DNA of 64,000 nt from Octopus sinensis (GCF_006345805.1 NC_042999.1:147312001-147376000), one strand, 5' to 3'; counted from the stretch's first letter, positions 11,695 through 25,289 are shown. Notes: generated by a model from the letters alone, not told the origin. Numbers and translations are program-made.

Positions 11695-13109
11695 GAAATA
11701 ACTATCAAATCTAATTCCATAGACAAAAATATTGAAATTTGTTCCCCACTGTTATATATGTATAAGATATACATACTATATAATTCATTTCTCACAACTT
11801 GAAAGCAAAGGGAAAAAGAAGGAATATAGAAAAATGAAGATGAATATATTATTGTGCGAAATGTAGGAAGAAATTAGAAGTGGGCGAGGAACAGAATAGG
11901 AAGTCGTTTTAAGAGGTTTAGAGAAATAGTCTACAAATTTTAAATATTTGTGGATATAAGACAAGTGTACACATTCTTCCACTCCACCGTAGCATACATT
12001 TTGCATTTTCCCTATATATTGCCATGTCACTTCTATTTCCTAGTTCCCTTTGGATATTTCTTTCAATTCATTTCTACGACTTTATGTACAGGAAATTTAA
12101 ATTTTATTCCTGAATTTAATAACGAAAGTTGATTGCAATACTTTTCCTATGTGCACATAGAGAAAATAGATCGCGATATATCTCACCATATCAGAAAGCA
12201 ACAGCAATTCCTCAGTTTCAGAATATTTGTTAAATATAGAAATCAAACAGGGAAATTTCTAGATATTCATCTGTAATAGCTTACATGAATGCGCTTATGA
12301 AAATGTCCATCAATAAATCAATTAGATAATTTATGCTGTAGAAATGCTATGGAAAATCTACATAGATATTTTCATGTTTTCGTGTCAATGGGATTCATCA
12401 TGTTGTAAAATTAAATATGAGCAAACAGATAATGAATATCTTACGGAGAACACAAACAGTTAGACGTAAACATATTTCTTGTGGAAATTCTGTGTATAAT
12501 ATGATGAGGTAAATAGTAGCTTCTTTCATGTTAGAGATATATGTGATGCATAATAGCTGTCAGAATAAAGAGTTAAGATCAGAGAGAGATTTACTTGTGT
12601 GGAGCAAAGAGAGCTAACCGATAGTTCAATTGAGAAGTTCAAACCGGTTCTGAATGGAGAGCAATGATGATTTAAATTTGGTTTGATTTGAAAGTAAAAA
12701 TTCATAAAGAAATATTATGTAATACACTATCATCTCCTTTCAAATACGTAAGAGCCTCACTGTTGCTAGGTACAGTTAAATACAAATATCCCTTTTCTTT
12801 TTTAATTACCCCAACTCCAACATAGCTGCTATGTAAATATTTACTTAGATACTTAGAGTACATTTTGGGGGATTATATGAAATTAACTGTAATATTGGTT
12901 TTTAAATGATCTAAAAGGGGAGGTAAATCTAGAAATAATAACTTGCTATAATCCGCAGTATTGCATTTTAATATATACTGTATAGAGAGAGAGATGGGGA
13001 GAGGAAGGAAGAGAGAGCGGGAGTGAATAAGAGAGGGAGGGAGGGAGAGAGAGCAGCGCGAAGCACCGATTATGATTAAATGAACTATTGGTTAGCTAAA
13101 ATATAAAGG

Positions 13110-13181
13110 TCGAAGTTTTGACAGAACAAAAGTAGCAATCGATCTCATGGTTATTTGGCTCTCGCCACAACTGAATGGACA
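13110..13181 (+). repeat. 72-bp dispersed direct repeat, copy 2
   Basis: 66/72 identical to 11288-11359. Confidence 0.9.
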
Positions 13182-13295
13182 TATTTTAACTTCTGAAAGC
13201 AAATTCACTGCAGCGACCATGAATGACATATTCTCCCTTATGGCAAAAGGTCTAAATAAATAAAAAAGACATATTTTCCAAGTGCTTCCCTCTAG

Positions 13296-13487
13296 CGGAT
13301 CCTAGACGCGTGATTCTCGTTCTTGGTTCTTTAACCTTCCTCAATGATAAAGAGAGAAGAGACGTAACCGTAGACAAATTGAAACCAGTTGTTTTAACCA
13401 AGACAGTAAACATCAGTAACTGTTTGGAGCAAATGGAGCGTCTGGGCGGAATGAAAATAGTAGCATCAGCGCCAATCAGTGATTTAG
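13296..13487 (+). CDS. Candidate internal coding exon (192 nt, phase 1-1), product unidentified
   Basis: Acceptor ttttccaagtgcttccctctag, open frame xDPRRVILVLGSLTFLNDKERRDVTVDKLKPVVLTKTVNISNCLEQMERLGGMKIVASAPISDL, weak donor AG|gtatat; non-repetitive sequence. Confidence 0.4.
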
Positions 13488-15164
13488 GTATATCGAACTT
13501 CATGCAAAGTTAGAATAAGTTTATGGCATATTTTAACTTCTAATGGCGTGGTGTAAAAGTTCTGTCGTATAGAAAGAGGTGTAAACCCCTCATACACACT
13601 CGCACAGACAAGCTCACATATACGATACACACCTAGAAATACACACACACGTACACGTACACTCATATATTCTAAACATAATTTAACAATAGTATAAGCC
13701 ATTTTGATTAAATGCTGGTGAATATAAACATTTAATAACAATGGCAGTAAGTTATGCTACTACTATACCTAAATTTCCACTGAATCCATATCAAATATAA
13801 AGAGGAGCAAAACGAAAACTATCTCCATAAACACTTATACTTTCTCCTCTTTTTTGAATACCAGTAGTTTCTAATTGTTGTCCTCTTAAAGACACGTGTC
13901 TTTCTAAAATATTATTTCTGAAGCTATAGTTCCTCTTTTAAAGAACAGAGCAACGAAAGCGTATTTAGGGCTCCCACTTAGATATCCACATCATCAAACA
14001 CTAGATTGGTTGTTGAAGTGAGTGAGTGAGCTAAGGGCAATATTGGGTATAATTAACAGTAAATAATTCTGGCGTGAACTACTGTTATGTTTAACAGACG
14101 AGCTTCCATCACTGAAAATGACGAAAATGACGTCGGAATCACGTGACCTGATGATCTCCACTAAATAAGCAACTGGAGGAGGCGTTCTCCTGGGTTTAAA
14201 ATAAAAGTGCTGCTTGTTCTTATAGACACAATCGTTGAGGTAGCAATGAACAATTGTGGAAATATCCAATAGGATTAAAATAAACACCGAAAATATATAA
14301 ATGTGTTAGGTTCGAAATTGAGAGTACGTTACCAAATAAAGCACACTTCCCGAACAAAATTCGAAGAGCGCATCAGCCGAAGTGTTGCGACTAAAATAAC
14401 CAAAATCAGGATTCCAGTCCGACTCTGTCATGTTACAATAATAATAATTAAAATTCTTCATTTTAGGAATTCAAAGAAAATATATATATTCATTCATTAG
14501 ATTAAAGAAAAATATGAGAGATATAAATCTACACTCGTCAAATATATCATATTGGTTTTATCATTTTCCCCACATCTTTGCACACATACGTATATGTATA
14601 TGAATATGTATATATGTGTGTGTATGTATGTTTATATATACATGTGTGTGTTTATATATATATATTTATATATATGTATACACACACACACATATCCACG
14701 CCTATATTTAAATTACCCGACAAGCTGTGTGTTTTTATTTCTCCCTCTCCCCAACCACAATCACACTGCTAAGCATTGGTATACATTGATATACAGTTAT
14801 TTTAAGTTACTTGGGCAACGAAAACACAAAAAACAACATTTTAGCACAAACGAAAAAATAACATTACTTGTTTTCTATCTTTATATTTTCTATCTTTATA
14901 CTTTTCAGTTTTCAAAACATTGTATTGCTTCTACTTATTTGAATGTATGTTATTTTATGTAAATAGCTATATATCATTGATTTTATCACATACAACTTTA
15001 CTTTCTTGCTTCCTTATGTGTGTATACACAGTTGAACTGTCGCTGGTGGAGAGTGAGAATGAAAGGAAATAACAGCCAAATAAAAATATAACCATAATAG
15101 GATTTCGTATATCAATATAACTAAGCTTCAGATCAAATCCGATACTTTTATCTTAGTATCCAGT

Positions 15165-15380
15165 TGAGAAGACACTCCTCTACTACTACTACTAATGCTA
15201 CTAATACTACCACCACCGCCTCCGCCGCCACCGCCTCAGTAGACCATCATCATTATTACTACCATCAGTATCCCCAATACAACCAAAACCATCACCGCTA
15301 TTACGAACAACATATCTTCCTCGTCATTATCATCACCGACATCTCCATCCTTATTATCATCGCCATCATTGTGTATATCA
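15165..15380. repeat. Degenerate (ACT/ACC/CAT)n trinucleotide low-complexity tract
   Basis: Direct reading. Confidence 0.8.
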
Positions 15381-15857
15381 TGTGATACGTAGCAAATTCT
15401 AACTATAGCAAAATTTAGAAATAAAAATTCGTCGGACCGCGAAATATTTACAAACTCTACCCAGTCATGTAGAACCTTGTACACACAAAGTAATCGATCC
15501 TGGTCAAATACATTTTCGATGATTTTCTTTTACCAACACTATATTTGTTTTTTTACATTTATCACACTCACATACAGAGATATAATATCTTAGATCAATA
15601 TATATATATGCATGTATATGCATATATAAATATATATGTATCTGTGTGTATGTAATTATGGCGTTCATTCAATTCGTCGCTGGTTACTTGTCGACTGTCA
15701 AATGATTCACCGCTTACTTCGTCTCCACAATTCTTCGTGAGTGCCCAACTTGCAAATCAACCAAACGTTTAAATGTTACATAAGCAAAAAGTTTGACTGA
15801 CGTTAAGGATTACAAATTTTTGCTCTCAGTTGATTTCGATTTTAAATTATGACACGG

Positions 15858-16046
15858 GACCAGCAATTTCGGGGGTAAGTTATGTCGATTACATCCACAC
15901 CAGTATTCTAATGGTACTTATTTTATCGCCCCCCACCCCACCCCCAATGGATGAAAGGCAGAATTTGAACTCAGAACGTTAAAACGGACAAAATGATACT
16001 AAGCATTTTGCCTGGTGTGCTAAAGATCCTGCCAACACGCAGCCTT
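15858..16046 (-). mobile_element. Diverged tRNA-headed SINE (family C)
   Basis: Similar to 30782-30959 (GTTCTGAGTTCAAATTC, GCCTTTCATCC, AATAAGTACC motifs on the minus strand). Confidence 0.75.
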
Positions 16047-16139
16047 CCCTCTCAGTTGATATTGCAAATGGATATGAAGTATTGAAGAGAGAACAATGAA
16101 AACACAACAATGAAGAAGAACATTGTACATGCAAAATAT

Positions 16140-16262
<123 letters not shown>

Positions 16263-16947
16263 TTATATATTCATACATTCATACAATTTCTTTCAATTTA
16301 TAATGCTTAACACATGAAAAGCAAAGAAATGTAGGCAAATGTATATTTGGAACACCAAGAATCTTGCAAACCTAATACAAAAGCGATATTTATAACTGGT
16401 TTTGTAAATAATAATTTGGATCTAAAATTTACTTATGTAAATGCTATATTTTAAATCTATTAAAAATAGGTGAAATGGCAAAACGTAGATGAAATAAAAA
16501 TGAGATATTATCATTGCAAATGTTCTGCAACAAATTCCATGAGATTATTGTTGTATTCAAAATCGTAATTGTTTATTACATTTCTAATGTGTTTATTGAG
16601 GATACAGCATTTCGTGTCTTTCCTCTGAATATAATGTTGCAGTTTTGTTTGCATATACCACGTAATTTTTTTATAATAAACATGAAATATTGTCATTGTT
16701 CTTTCACCTTTAACTTGTTTATACGGATTATGTTGAATATTAATTTATTTACGTTATAAAACACAAACCCATGCACTAGGTGAATCACCCACAAAGAAAA
16801 TGCGCCAGCTACACGTTCTCACCGACAAAGAAAGCAATTGCATTATTCACGGGAGCAATTTGAAAAATGCAAAGAACTAAACGGCTAACGTTCTTTCCAA
16901 ACTTAGCTGACAAAGAATTGATCTGTCCTCGAGTTAGATGCACTCAC

Positions 16948-17012
<65 letters not shown>

Positions 17013-17025
17013 CCTTTAAACTCGT

Positions 17026-17419
17026 TACTCTTTTACTTGTCTCAGTCATGTGACTGTGGCCATGCTGGAGCACCGACTTTAGTCGAGCAAATTGACACCA
17101 GGACTTATTCTTTGTAATCCTATTACTTATTCTATCGGTTTCTTTTGCCGAACCACTGGGTTACGGGGACGTATATACACAAGCATCGGTTGTCAAGCGA
17201 TGGGGGAGGGGACAAGCACAGACACAGAAACATATACAGATACATACATATATGTATACATATATACGACGGGATTCTTTCAGTTTCCGTCTACCAAATC
17301 CACTCACAAGGCTTTGGTCGGACCAAGGCTATAGTACAAGACGCCTGGCCAAGGTGCCACGCAGTGGGACTAAACCCGGAACCATGTGGTTCGTAAGCAA
17401 CACAGCCACTCTTACGCCT
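17026..17419 (-). mobile_element. tRNA-derived SINE (family A) with internal microsatellite and LINE-like tail
   Basis: Reverse complement aligns along its length to 25667-26100. Confidence 0.9.
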
Positions 17420-17734
17420 ATATATATATATATATATAAATATATATATATATAATCGAAATAATCAACAGGATATCAAGAAGTAATGCAGTACGACCAT
17501 TTCAAGCGTCTCCATTTACTTGAACAATGCAATAATTACATCAATTTAAATGCAGGGCTATCCTTAACTGCACAAGTAAACAGAGTTTTAATCAGTTGGA
17601 CATTTTGCTCAAATATTTCAACAGGGGAAGAAGATGGAAGAAATCTATGTTGTCGCTATTGTAGCTAAGAATATTTTATTAAAAGTTGTGAGGATAAAAT
17701 CGGACTGACTGGCTGATTCAACTAAAGTCTCAAT

Positions 17735-17764
<30 letters not shown>

Positions 17765-17774
<10 letters not shown>

Positions 17775-18651
17775 GAGGGCATTATACATACATACCAGAG
17801 GGCATTATACATACATGCCACACGCTAAGAGGGACAATTAGTCATTTCTACCAAAAATATTACTAATCCCACCGAATGCAATTTTTCAAAGTAAGACATT
17901 TAAAAAATATAGACCTGTATCACAGTGATTTCATACTTACGTATTCATCAGCAAGCCTGAATGTATCATAAATAAACGACCCTGCCCCGCTTAAGCCGAT
18001 CAGCTAACTGATCAACATCAACGAAGCACATGGGTGAGTTTACATATATTACATCCTGTAAATGGCATACTTTTACGACTTGCATTTCGGGAAAGGAAAA
18101 GTTTTTTCGGAATAAAAATTTAGCAATTAAGGACAACTACTTAATAAGGAAAACTTAACAAGAAATTGTCAGGTAGATAGCGTGAAAACCTCATAAGAGA
18201 ATAAATTTCGAAAATAATTATTTCTTATTGAACATATTAATTTATATATAGAGGGCATTATACATACATGCCAGAGGGCATTATACATGCATGCCACACG
18301 CTAAGAGGGACAATTAGTCATTTCTACCAAAAATATTAGTAATCCCACCGAATGCAATTTTTCAAAGTAAGACATTTAAAAAATATAGACCTGTATCACA
18401 GTGATTTCATACTTACGTATTCATCAGCAGGCCTGAATGTATCATAAATAAACGACCCTGCCCCGCTTAAGCCGATCAGCTAACTGATCAACATTAACGA
18501 AGCACATGGGTGAGTTTACATATATTACATCCTGTAAATGGCATACTTTTACGAATTGCATTTCGGGAAAGGAAAAGTTTTTTCGGAATAAAAATTTAGC
18601 AATTAAGGACAACTACTTAATAAGGAAAACTTAACAAGAAATTGTCAGGTA
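17765..18651. repeat. Recent tandem duplication, 476-bp period (second copy ~411 bp, truncated)
   Basis: GAGGGCATTA at 17775 and 18251; about 6 substitutions over ~410 bp. Confidence 0.95.
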
Positions 18652-18678
18652 TATATATATATATATATACATATAGAA

Positions 18679-18680
<2 letters not shown>

Positions 18681-18768
<88 letters not shown>
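18681..18768. repeat. Perfect (AGAT)22 array at the 3' end of the Tx1-like element
   Basis: Direct count. Confidence 0.97.
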
Positions 18769-18769
<1 letters not shown>

Positions 18770-18770
18770 T

Positions 18771-19967
18771 GTTTCTTTATTAGCCTCACAGGGCTGCACA
18801 CAGATAGAAAAAATTACAAGGTAGAGCTTTTCTTTTGAAGGTAAAAAAAGGGGGGGTTCGATCAAAAGGGATCGTAAAACGAGAGAAAGAGGACAAAAAA
18901 GGGGGGGTTAAACAAAGGGGGAGAGGAAAAAAATTGATCAATAGGGATCGTTATCACAGAAATGTCAATATGAAGTGTAAAGGGGAGGACAGGTGAGGTT
19001 TACCCGTGGAAAGAAAAGCCTACGGAAAAGACCACGGTAACCTCGGTCAATGAAGTCACATATTATATTTCTTTCTTTTATTTTTTTTTGAAAATAAGCA
19101 ACTCTCTGTATTAATTTTTATGGTTCATAGAATCATAGTCAAGGTGGCTTCGTCATCCTTGCTACATTCACCCATCTTTTTTTAAAACATTCACTAGACA
19201 AAACTTGCCTCTCTACTCTCACTTTCCTCCTCAAGTGATACTTGAAGAAGTTGATGAGAGATTGACCAGAGAGGAAAGTGTTTGTCTCGAATCCTTTCAG
19301 GCGCGTCCACCAGATACATTCTTTCGCCATAGCCACAAGTATGATAAAAATAGCTCTTCCTTCCCGTTTGAAGGAAGGAGGCGTGACGATATTAACGATA
19401 GACTCAGCTGATAAACCGACACGTCCCACACGTGACAGCAGTCGTTCGACATAAGCCCACAGGTGGGAAATTGCTGGACACTGCACGATTGCGTGCAGAG
19501 CGGTTTCGTCGCTCTGCCCGCATCTCGGGCAGGTCGGCCCCGTGTTTCTCGAGCCATGCCTATAGAGCTTATCCCGAACGGGTAGCGCTTCTCGGTAGCA
19601 CCGCCAGGCCAGGGATCTCTGGAAGTTGTCCATAGGTCCCGGGCCGAAAGTCGTTTGAAACAGGCGGGTCAGGTATTCCTCGTCGACGCCCAGGTTTGCC
19701 CCGAGATCGTCGTCGTACCTCCCCTCCACTAATCCCCTATAGAATGCTTTGGTTGTGTTGAAGTCACTCAAGGTCGACCCGGGACGGCAGAGTTGCTTGA
19801 GAGCAACGCGACACTCGCGGTGCCATTCGCCCTTCCTCGGCCTCTTTTTGATCCACGACTGCAGTTCGGTCATGGAGACAAGTTGCGGGAATGCGTGCCT
19901 CACAAACGGCGACCACACCTGTTCACCGTCGTCTACATAGAGCCGGAGATGTCGCAGTCTCAGCGCG
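18771..19967 (-). mobile_element. 5'-truncated Tx1/L1-clade non-LTR retrotransposon (ORF2 C-terminus with CCHC zinc knuckle plus 3' UTR)
   Basis: Open frame 19139-19967 with ALPVRDKL..CPRCGQSDETALHAIVQCP (zf-RVT-like); pyrimidine-rich 3' UTR ending AATAAAGAAAC. Confidence 0.85.
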
Positions 19968-20068
<101 letters not shown>

Positions 20069-20073
20069 TGTTT

Positions 20074-20990
20074 TACACAAAATGAGATAACAAAGCCAAC
20101 GCTGTGAGTGTTGAGGACATTTATAAGGATAAAGATATATAGTATTATAGTTGTTTGTGGGATATCGCTTCCTCAGAGACGGTGTGAGATGTTTAAATAG
20201 AGTTAAATAATTGAGTTCGAAATAAGGAATTATTATGGAGAAGGTGCAGATAGGGAATATAGAATGAAATAACAGAATGAAAGTAGAAATAAAATATATA
20301 AAGATATTGTAGTTCCAGTTCCATTATTCGAGGAATGTAGTGTATAGAATTGGTAAAAATGTTTCTTCTACATGGTATTTAAGTTCCAATAGTGGCTCAT
20401 GTTTAGTCATTTCAAAGTATGGAGCTGTGGATTCTGTGTTACTCATTCGGAAGGGTTTTGTGGTGTGAATGAATGAAAATTTGAGAATGTATTGGTAGTA
20501 TTTGTGAAATAATGGGTGAAGGGAGAGATGTGTATGAGTAGAATGAGGAGATAGGGAAAAATGAAAATAGGAGGAGGAAATGAGAGGAAGAAAAGAGATA
20601 AAAGGGAGAAAGAAGGGTGAAGAAAAATTGGAAAGTGTGAAAGAAATTAAGGGCGAAAGAAGTGAGAAAAGAAGTATTAATTGTTGGTCAAGATAATATC
20701 AGGGTAAGATGGGGGAGGAGAAGGGGAAGGATAGGAGTGAATAAGTGTGATAATGTGAGTAGGAGTGATATGATTGAGCCACATTAAGCGTAGAATATTG
20801 GGGATATGATAAAGCTGCACGAAGGTAGAGAAAGGGCATGGGTGGGGTGATAACAAAGTGAATAGTGGTTTTAGTAGTGAAATTTGAAGTTGATGGAAGA
20901 ATACAAGGATATCAAATATCTCTATAAATAGACGTGTATGGTAGGTTAGTGCGGTAGGTAGGAATCATTGAGAGGGAAAGAAGGTCGACA
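20074..20990 (-). mobile_element. Degenerate Penelope-like element (GIY-YIG remnant plus pseudo-LTR)
   Basis: Weak GIY-YIG-like peptide (YPCILPSTSNFTTKTTIHFVIT) and hammerhead-like CTGAGGA in the 3' part; homologous to 23065-23740 and 54990-55090. Confidence 0.6.
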
Positions 20991-21009
20991 ACACTGTTCA
21001 AACTCATTT

Positions 21010-21057
21010 CGCAATGAAAATTGATATAAACCCTGTCTTACTTTAGGGGAAACACGG
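21010..21057 (-). mobile_element. pogo/Tc2-type terminal inverted repeat fragment
   Basis: Minus strand TA|CCGTGTTTCCCCTAAAGTAAGACAGGG resembles pogo-family termini; no partner TIR seen. Confidence 0.5.
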
Positions 21058-21111
<54 letters not shown>

Positions 21112-21384
21112 CTTTTTGGGGAGAGTTATTCTATTTTAATGCCTTATTAATTAAATCATTCACTGGTTCGATTTCTACTCATTTACTAATTTATTATTTA
21201 TTATTTCTATATTTAGTTGCTTCTTGCAAATTCTTATGTTGTCAGCCTTCTCAGAGATAGTTCATGACGCTGAAGGAAACTATCCAGCTGTTGTTGTGAT
21301 GCTTTGATTTCATCTGATAATATATCAAACTTTGGTACATTTGCAAGTGATTCCTCTTGCCTTCGTCCTTTCCTTTCAGTTACA

Positions 21385-22406
21385 GAGAGTTCTGTTTGTC
21401 TCTTACTCAACTGCGCCCGCACATGGTAATCAAGAGTTAGGTAACCAGATTTGAGGGGTGATGTGACCGCAGACACTGTCTGACAGCCATGATTGGGTTC
21501 TGCTGCTTGTGTGGCTCGGTGCAGAGCCCTGTTGCCATACATAGGGTGTTCCAGCAGCCACTCTCTTGAATCAGGGCAGCATTACCTCCTACAGGCATTT
21601 GAAGCAAGCTTCCGTACCATGCTGAATCTGAGGCCATGTGGGAAGATGAATGAAAGCATAACGTCGCCGTCACCAGTGATCAGCCCAAACACCAAGATGT
21701 TGATTAGATGTTGATTTGTATCACTCTCGATATATGTTTTGGGGACACGGCAAGCCAACGGATGTTCTGTGTGTTCACCACCTGATCCTGGTAGAAATTT
21801 TTCTTGTCTGAGAAAAACCCAAACATATTCGGTTGGAGTGTATCTTTTAGTTTATTCAAAAGTTACATAGTGCGGTCTTTCCTTTTGCTGTTGATGACTT
21901 TGGATAAAAATTAGCCCTTCCTCAGCTTGTATAAGGAATACCGAATGTCTTCATGCACTACCTGCTTCATAAGAAGCTCAGACACTCCCTTATCCCTAGC
22001 GATGGAGATGATTGACTTGGAGGGATCGTTGTCAATCATGAACTGGATCTCACCAAAAAATTCTGGAGTTCTTTAATTATCGGAACGACGATACTGATTT
22101 TCCGGGTTGCTGTAACTTCGTAATCAGAACTGGATTCATCCAACTCTTTCTGAATCCTCGGAAATCATCAGATTGACCCCCAAACACTCTGAAATATTCG
22201 TACTAGAGCATCCGGTGCGAATGCCATGCAGTACAGCATGTCGTTTCTAAATTTCTGGCAGAGGGAACTGCGAGATAGTGCTGTTGTTCACACAGACGGT
22301 ATCGAACAGACACTACTATACAGTGTAGTCGACAAAATAAAAACAAACAATGCGCATGCAGGAAATTAAAGACATAAAGTGGTGACAATTTACTCATCAC
22401 ACACTG
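21385..22406 (-). mobile_element. Degenerate Tc1/mariner DD37D-type element with one intact end
   Basis: Minus-strand peptides IDNDPSKSI, VVHEDIRYSLYKLRKG, WQQGSAPSHTS and IWLPNS-LDYH; terminus TA|CAGTGTGTGATGAGTAAATTGTCACC at 22406. Same group as 5878-6770. Confidence 0.85.
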
Positions 22407-22875
22407 TATATAAACATATATAAATAAAGGTAAGCTCCAACGATCAAAGCGTAGGCTGATAGTAAGCTTAGAGCAGTTCGTACAATGTATAAAAAATATC
22501 TTTCAGGAACTTTTCTGTTTTATTGATGTAGAGGGTTTTAAGTTTTTTTCCTCATATCGGAGTTCGATAAGCTGAACAAAAACTGTTTTATAGCTTATGG
22601 TTAGCAGCAAAAGTTGCTGTGTATGTGAATGTAAATCCAAAATTATGGAAATCGAGTAGATAAGATCCATTCCCTAAGTTTGGATTTCTTTAAATATATA
22701 TTTGTGTGTATATGTGTGTGTATTTATAGACACACGAAGACACACACACAATCCCATATGTCTCAATGGGGTCCTTTCCTATCGACCGAGCAAAAGGACT
22801 TGTGGTGATATAGTTCTCTCTGCATTTTATGCGACACATGCTTTTTTTATTGTCTGTATACACACACACACGCAC

Positions 22876-22920
<45 letters not shown>

Positions 22921-23064
22921 ATATACACAATAGAAGACCCAAAGAATGGAAGATAACGCTTAGTAAGTGGTATGGACACACCGTAGTTAAACTCTTGTTT
23001 CGATAGTGATACGGGTGAGGAGTCTAATGTGGGTCTTATATTAACATCGATATATATATTTATT

Positions 23065-23740
23065 AGACAAAATGAGATGAAAAAGCCAAGGCTGTGAGGA
23101 GTTTTCAGGACATTTATATGGTAAAAGATGTAAATATAGTCTTATAGCTCTTTGTGGGATATCCCTTCATCAGGGACGGTGTGAGATGGTTAAATAGAGG
23201 TAAATATTTGAGTTCGAAATAAGGAATTATTATGGAAAAGAAGAAGATAGGGAATATAGCGGAAAATAAGAGAAGAAAGTAGAGATAAAATATATAAAGA
23301 TATTGTAGTTGCAGTTCCATTATTCGAGGATAGAAATGGTAAGTTCCAGTAGTAGTTTATGTTTAGTCTTTTCAAAGTAAGGAGCTATGGATTTTGTGTT
23401 ACTCATTCGAAACGGTTTTGTGGTGTGACTGAATGAAAAGTTTAGTATGTATTGGTAGTATTTTTTAATATGTGGGGGAGGTAAGAGATGTGTATGAGTA
23501 GGTTGAGGAGAAAGGTCAAAATGTAAACAGGAAGAGAAAATGAGAGGAAAAAAGAGAGAAACAAGGGAGAAAAACAGTGTCAAAAACAGAGAAAAAGTGT
23601 CAAAAAGAAATTAAGAATGGGTGAAAGAAGTGAGAAACGGAGCATTAATTGGTGGTCAAGATAATGTGAGGGGAGATGGGAGAGGAGTAGAGGAGGATGA
23701 GAGAGGAGTAGGAGAAGATGGGAGAGGATGTGAAAGCACG
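23065..23740 (-). mobile_element. Penelope-like pseudo-LTR/3' region, second copy
   Basis: Collinear similarity to 20074-20760, including CTGATGAAGGGATATCCC. Confidence 0.65.
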
Positions 23741-24332
23741 GTAGATTTTAAATTAACAGAACTGGAAGACCGTCGAACTGGATGCTAGATATATTACGTT
23801 ATCACTATAACCATGCCTCTATCGGAGCGTGAACCACTCTATGCAAGATTTCCAATTTAAGGATAACATCTCCTCTTACACTGATCAGTCTCTGAGATAC
23901 TGTAAACAAACATACTCAGATCTAAATAGTACTACCAAAATTTTTCACCTCATGAAATAAATGAAAAGTGACTATAAGAGTTTTGGTGTGATTTTAGATG
24001 CTAATCGCTCTACCACCATATAATTGCTTCACATCCAATTGAGTGTCTCAGGTAATGTAAATTACTAGACAATTACGACTGCGAGAAAGTAAATGCCTTT
24101 ACTTGTGTACAGGTTCAATTAGAAGTGAAATACAGTTAACCCTGTAAACCAATCAATAAGATAAATACTATAAAGCAATCTAATTACTGAAGTATCGGAT
24201 AGTACGTTCTGTTCTTAGGAAAATTTTGACACGGCTACATACACAGACACACAAACACATAAATATAAACGTACATACATATATGCACACAAACACACGC
24301 ACACATACACATGTATATATGCATATATATAA

Positions 24333-24334
<2 letters not shown>

Positions 24335-24365
<31 letters not shown>

Positions 24366-24450
24366 TGTATGTATGTATGTATGTATGTATGTATGTATGT
24401 ATGTATGTATGTATGTATGTATGTATGTATGTGTGTATGTATGCATGTAC
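24335..24450. repeat. (TATG)n microsatellite
   Basis: Direct reading. Confidence 0.95.
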
Positions 24451-24807
24451 ATATAATTGTGTGTCTGAGTAAGTGAAAGAGAATAGGAGTGAATTTAAAA
24501 TGTCGATAACCTATGCGGTTGGTTATGATTGAAAATTAACACCTACAAACATTTCTTGAAATTCCGATTTCAAAGCTAACACATCATTGTATATTTGTTC
24601 ATCATTCCTCTCCAGACGTGTAAAGTTTTATTTAATCTCCTTGACAATGGAAACTAACGTATCGTTTGAATCCATACGACAAAAGAACTGAGTTCTGATT
24701 TGACAACACCATTTCTTAGTGTGTCTATACATAAAATTTTCTCTCCTCTTACGCTTGCAATCTTCGATTTCATAGAAACAAACACATTCATGACTACGAA
24801 GCCCTCA

Positions 24808-24816
24808 AATTAATGA

Positions 24817-24878
<62 letters not shown>

Positions 24879-24955
24879 GTGTGTCTGTCTGTCTGTTTGT
24901 ATCTCTCTCTCTCTCTCGCTATATATATAAATATATATATATAGAGAGAGAGAGA
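24808..24955. repeat. (CTAT)n-(CT)n-(AT)n-(AG)n compound microsatellite
   Basis: Direct reading. Confidence 0.9.
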
Positions 24956-24958
24956 TTA

Positions 24959-25245
24959 GTGGAGGCGCAATGGCCCAGTGGTTAGGGCACCGGACTCGCG
25001 GTCGGAGGATCGCAGTTTCGATTCTCAGACCGGGCTTTGTCTGTGTTTATTGAGCGAAAACACCTAAAAGCTCCACCATGCGACCCCTATTGTACTCTTT
25101 CGCCACAGCTTTCTCTCACTCTCTCTTCCGGTTTCTTGAGTAAAGCTGCGATGGACTGGCGTCCCGTCCAGCTGGGGGGAACACATATGCCACAGAAACC
25201 GGGAAACCGGGCCCATGCGCCTGGCTAGGCTTGAAAGGGGCGCAG
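24959..25245 (+). mobile_element. tRNA-headed SINE (family B) with V-domain-like segment
   Basis: Head GGAGGCGCAATGGCCCAGTGGTTAGGGC with A/B boxes; internal GCGATGGACTGGCGTCCCGTCCAG. Confidence 0.85.
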
Positions 25246-25289
25246 AAAAAGAAAATATATATCGACGTGAGTGTGTGTGTGTGTGTGTG

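Noticed and set aside
12417-12508. Possible first coding exon (MSKQIMNILRRT..., donor gtaaat, phase 2)
   Set aside because: A 30-codon frame plus donor is at chance level; no other support.
24959-25035. tRNA gene calls at SINE heads (also 25667, 30890, 61123)
   Set aside because: They run into SINE bodies and lack a clean cloverleaf or terminator.
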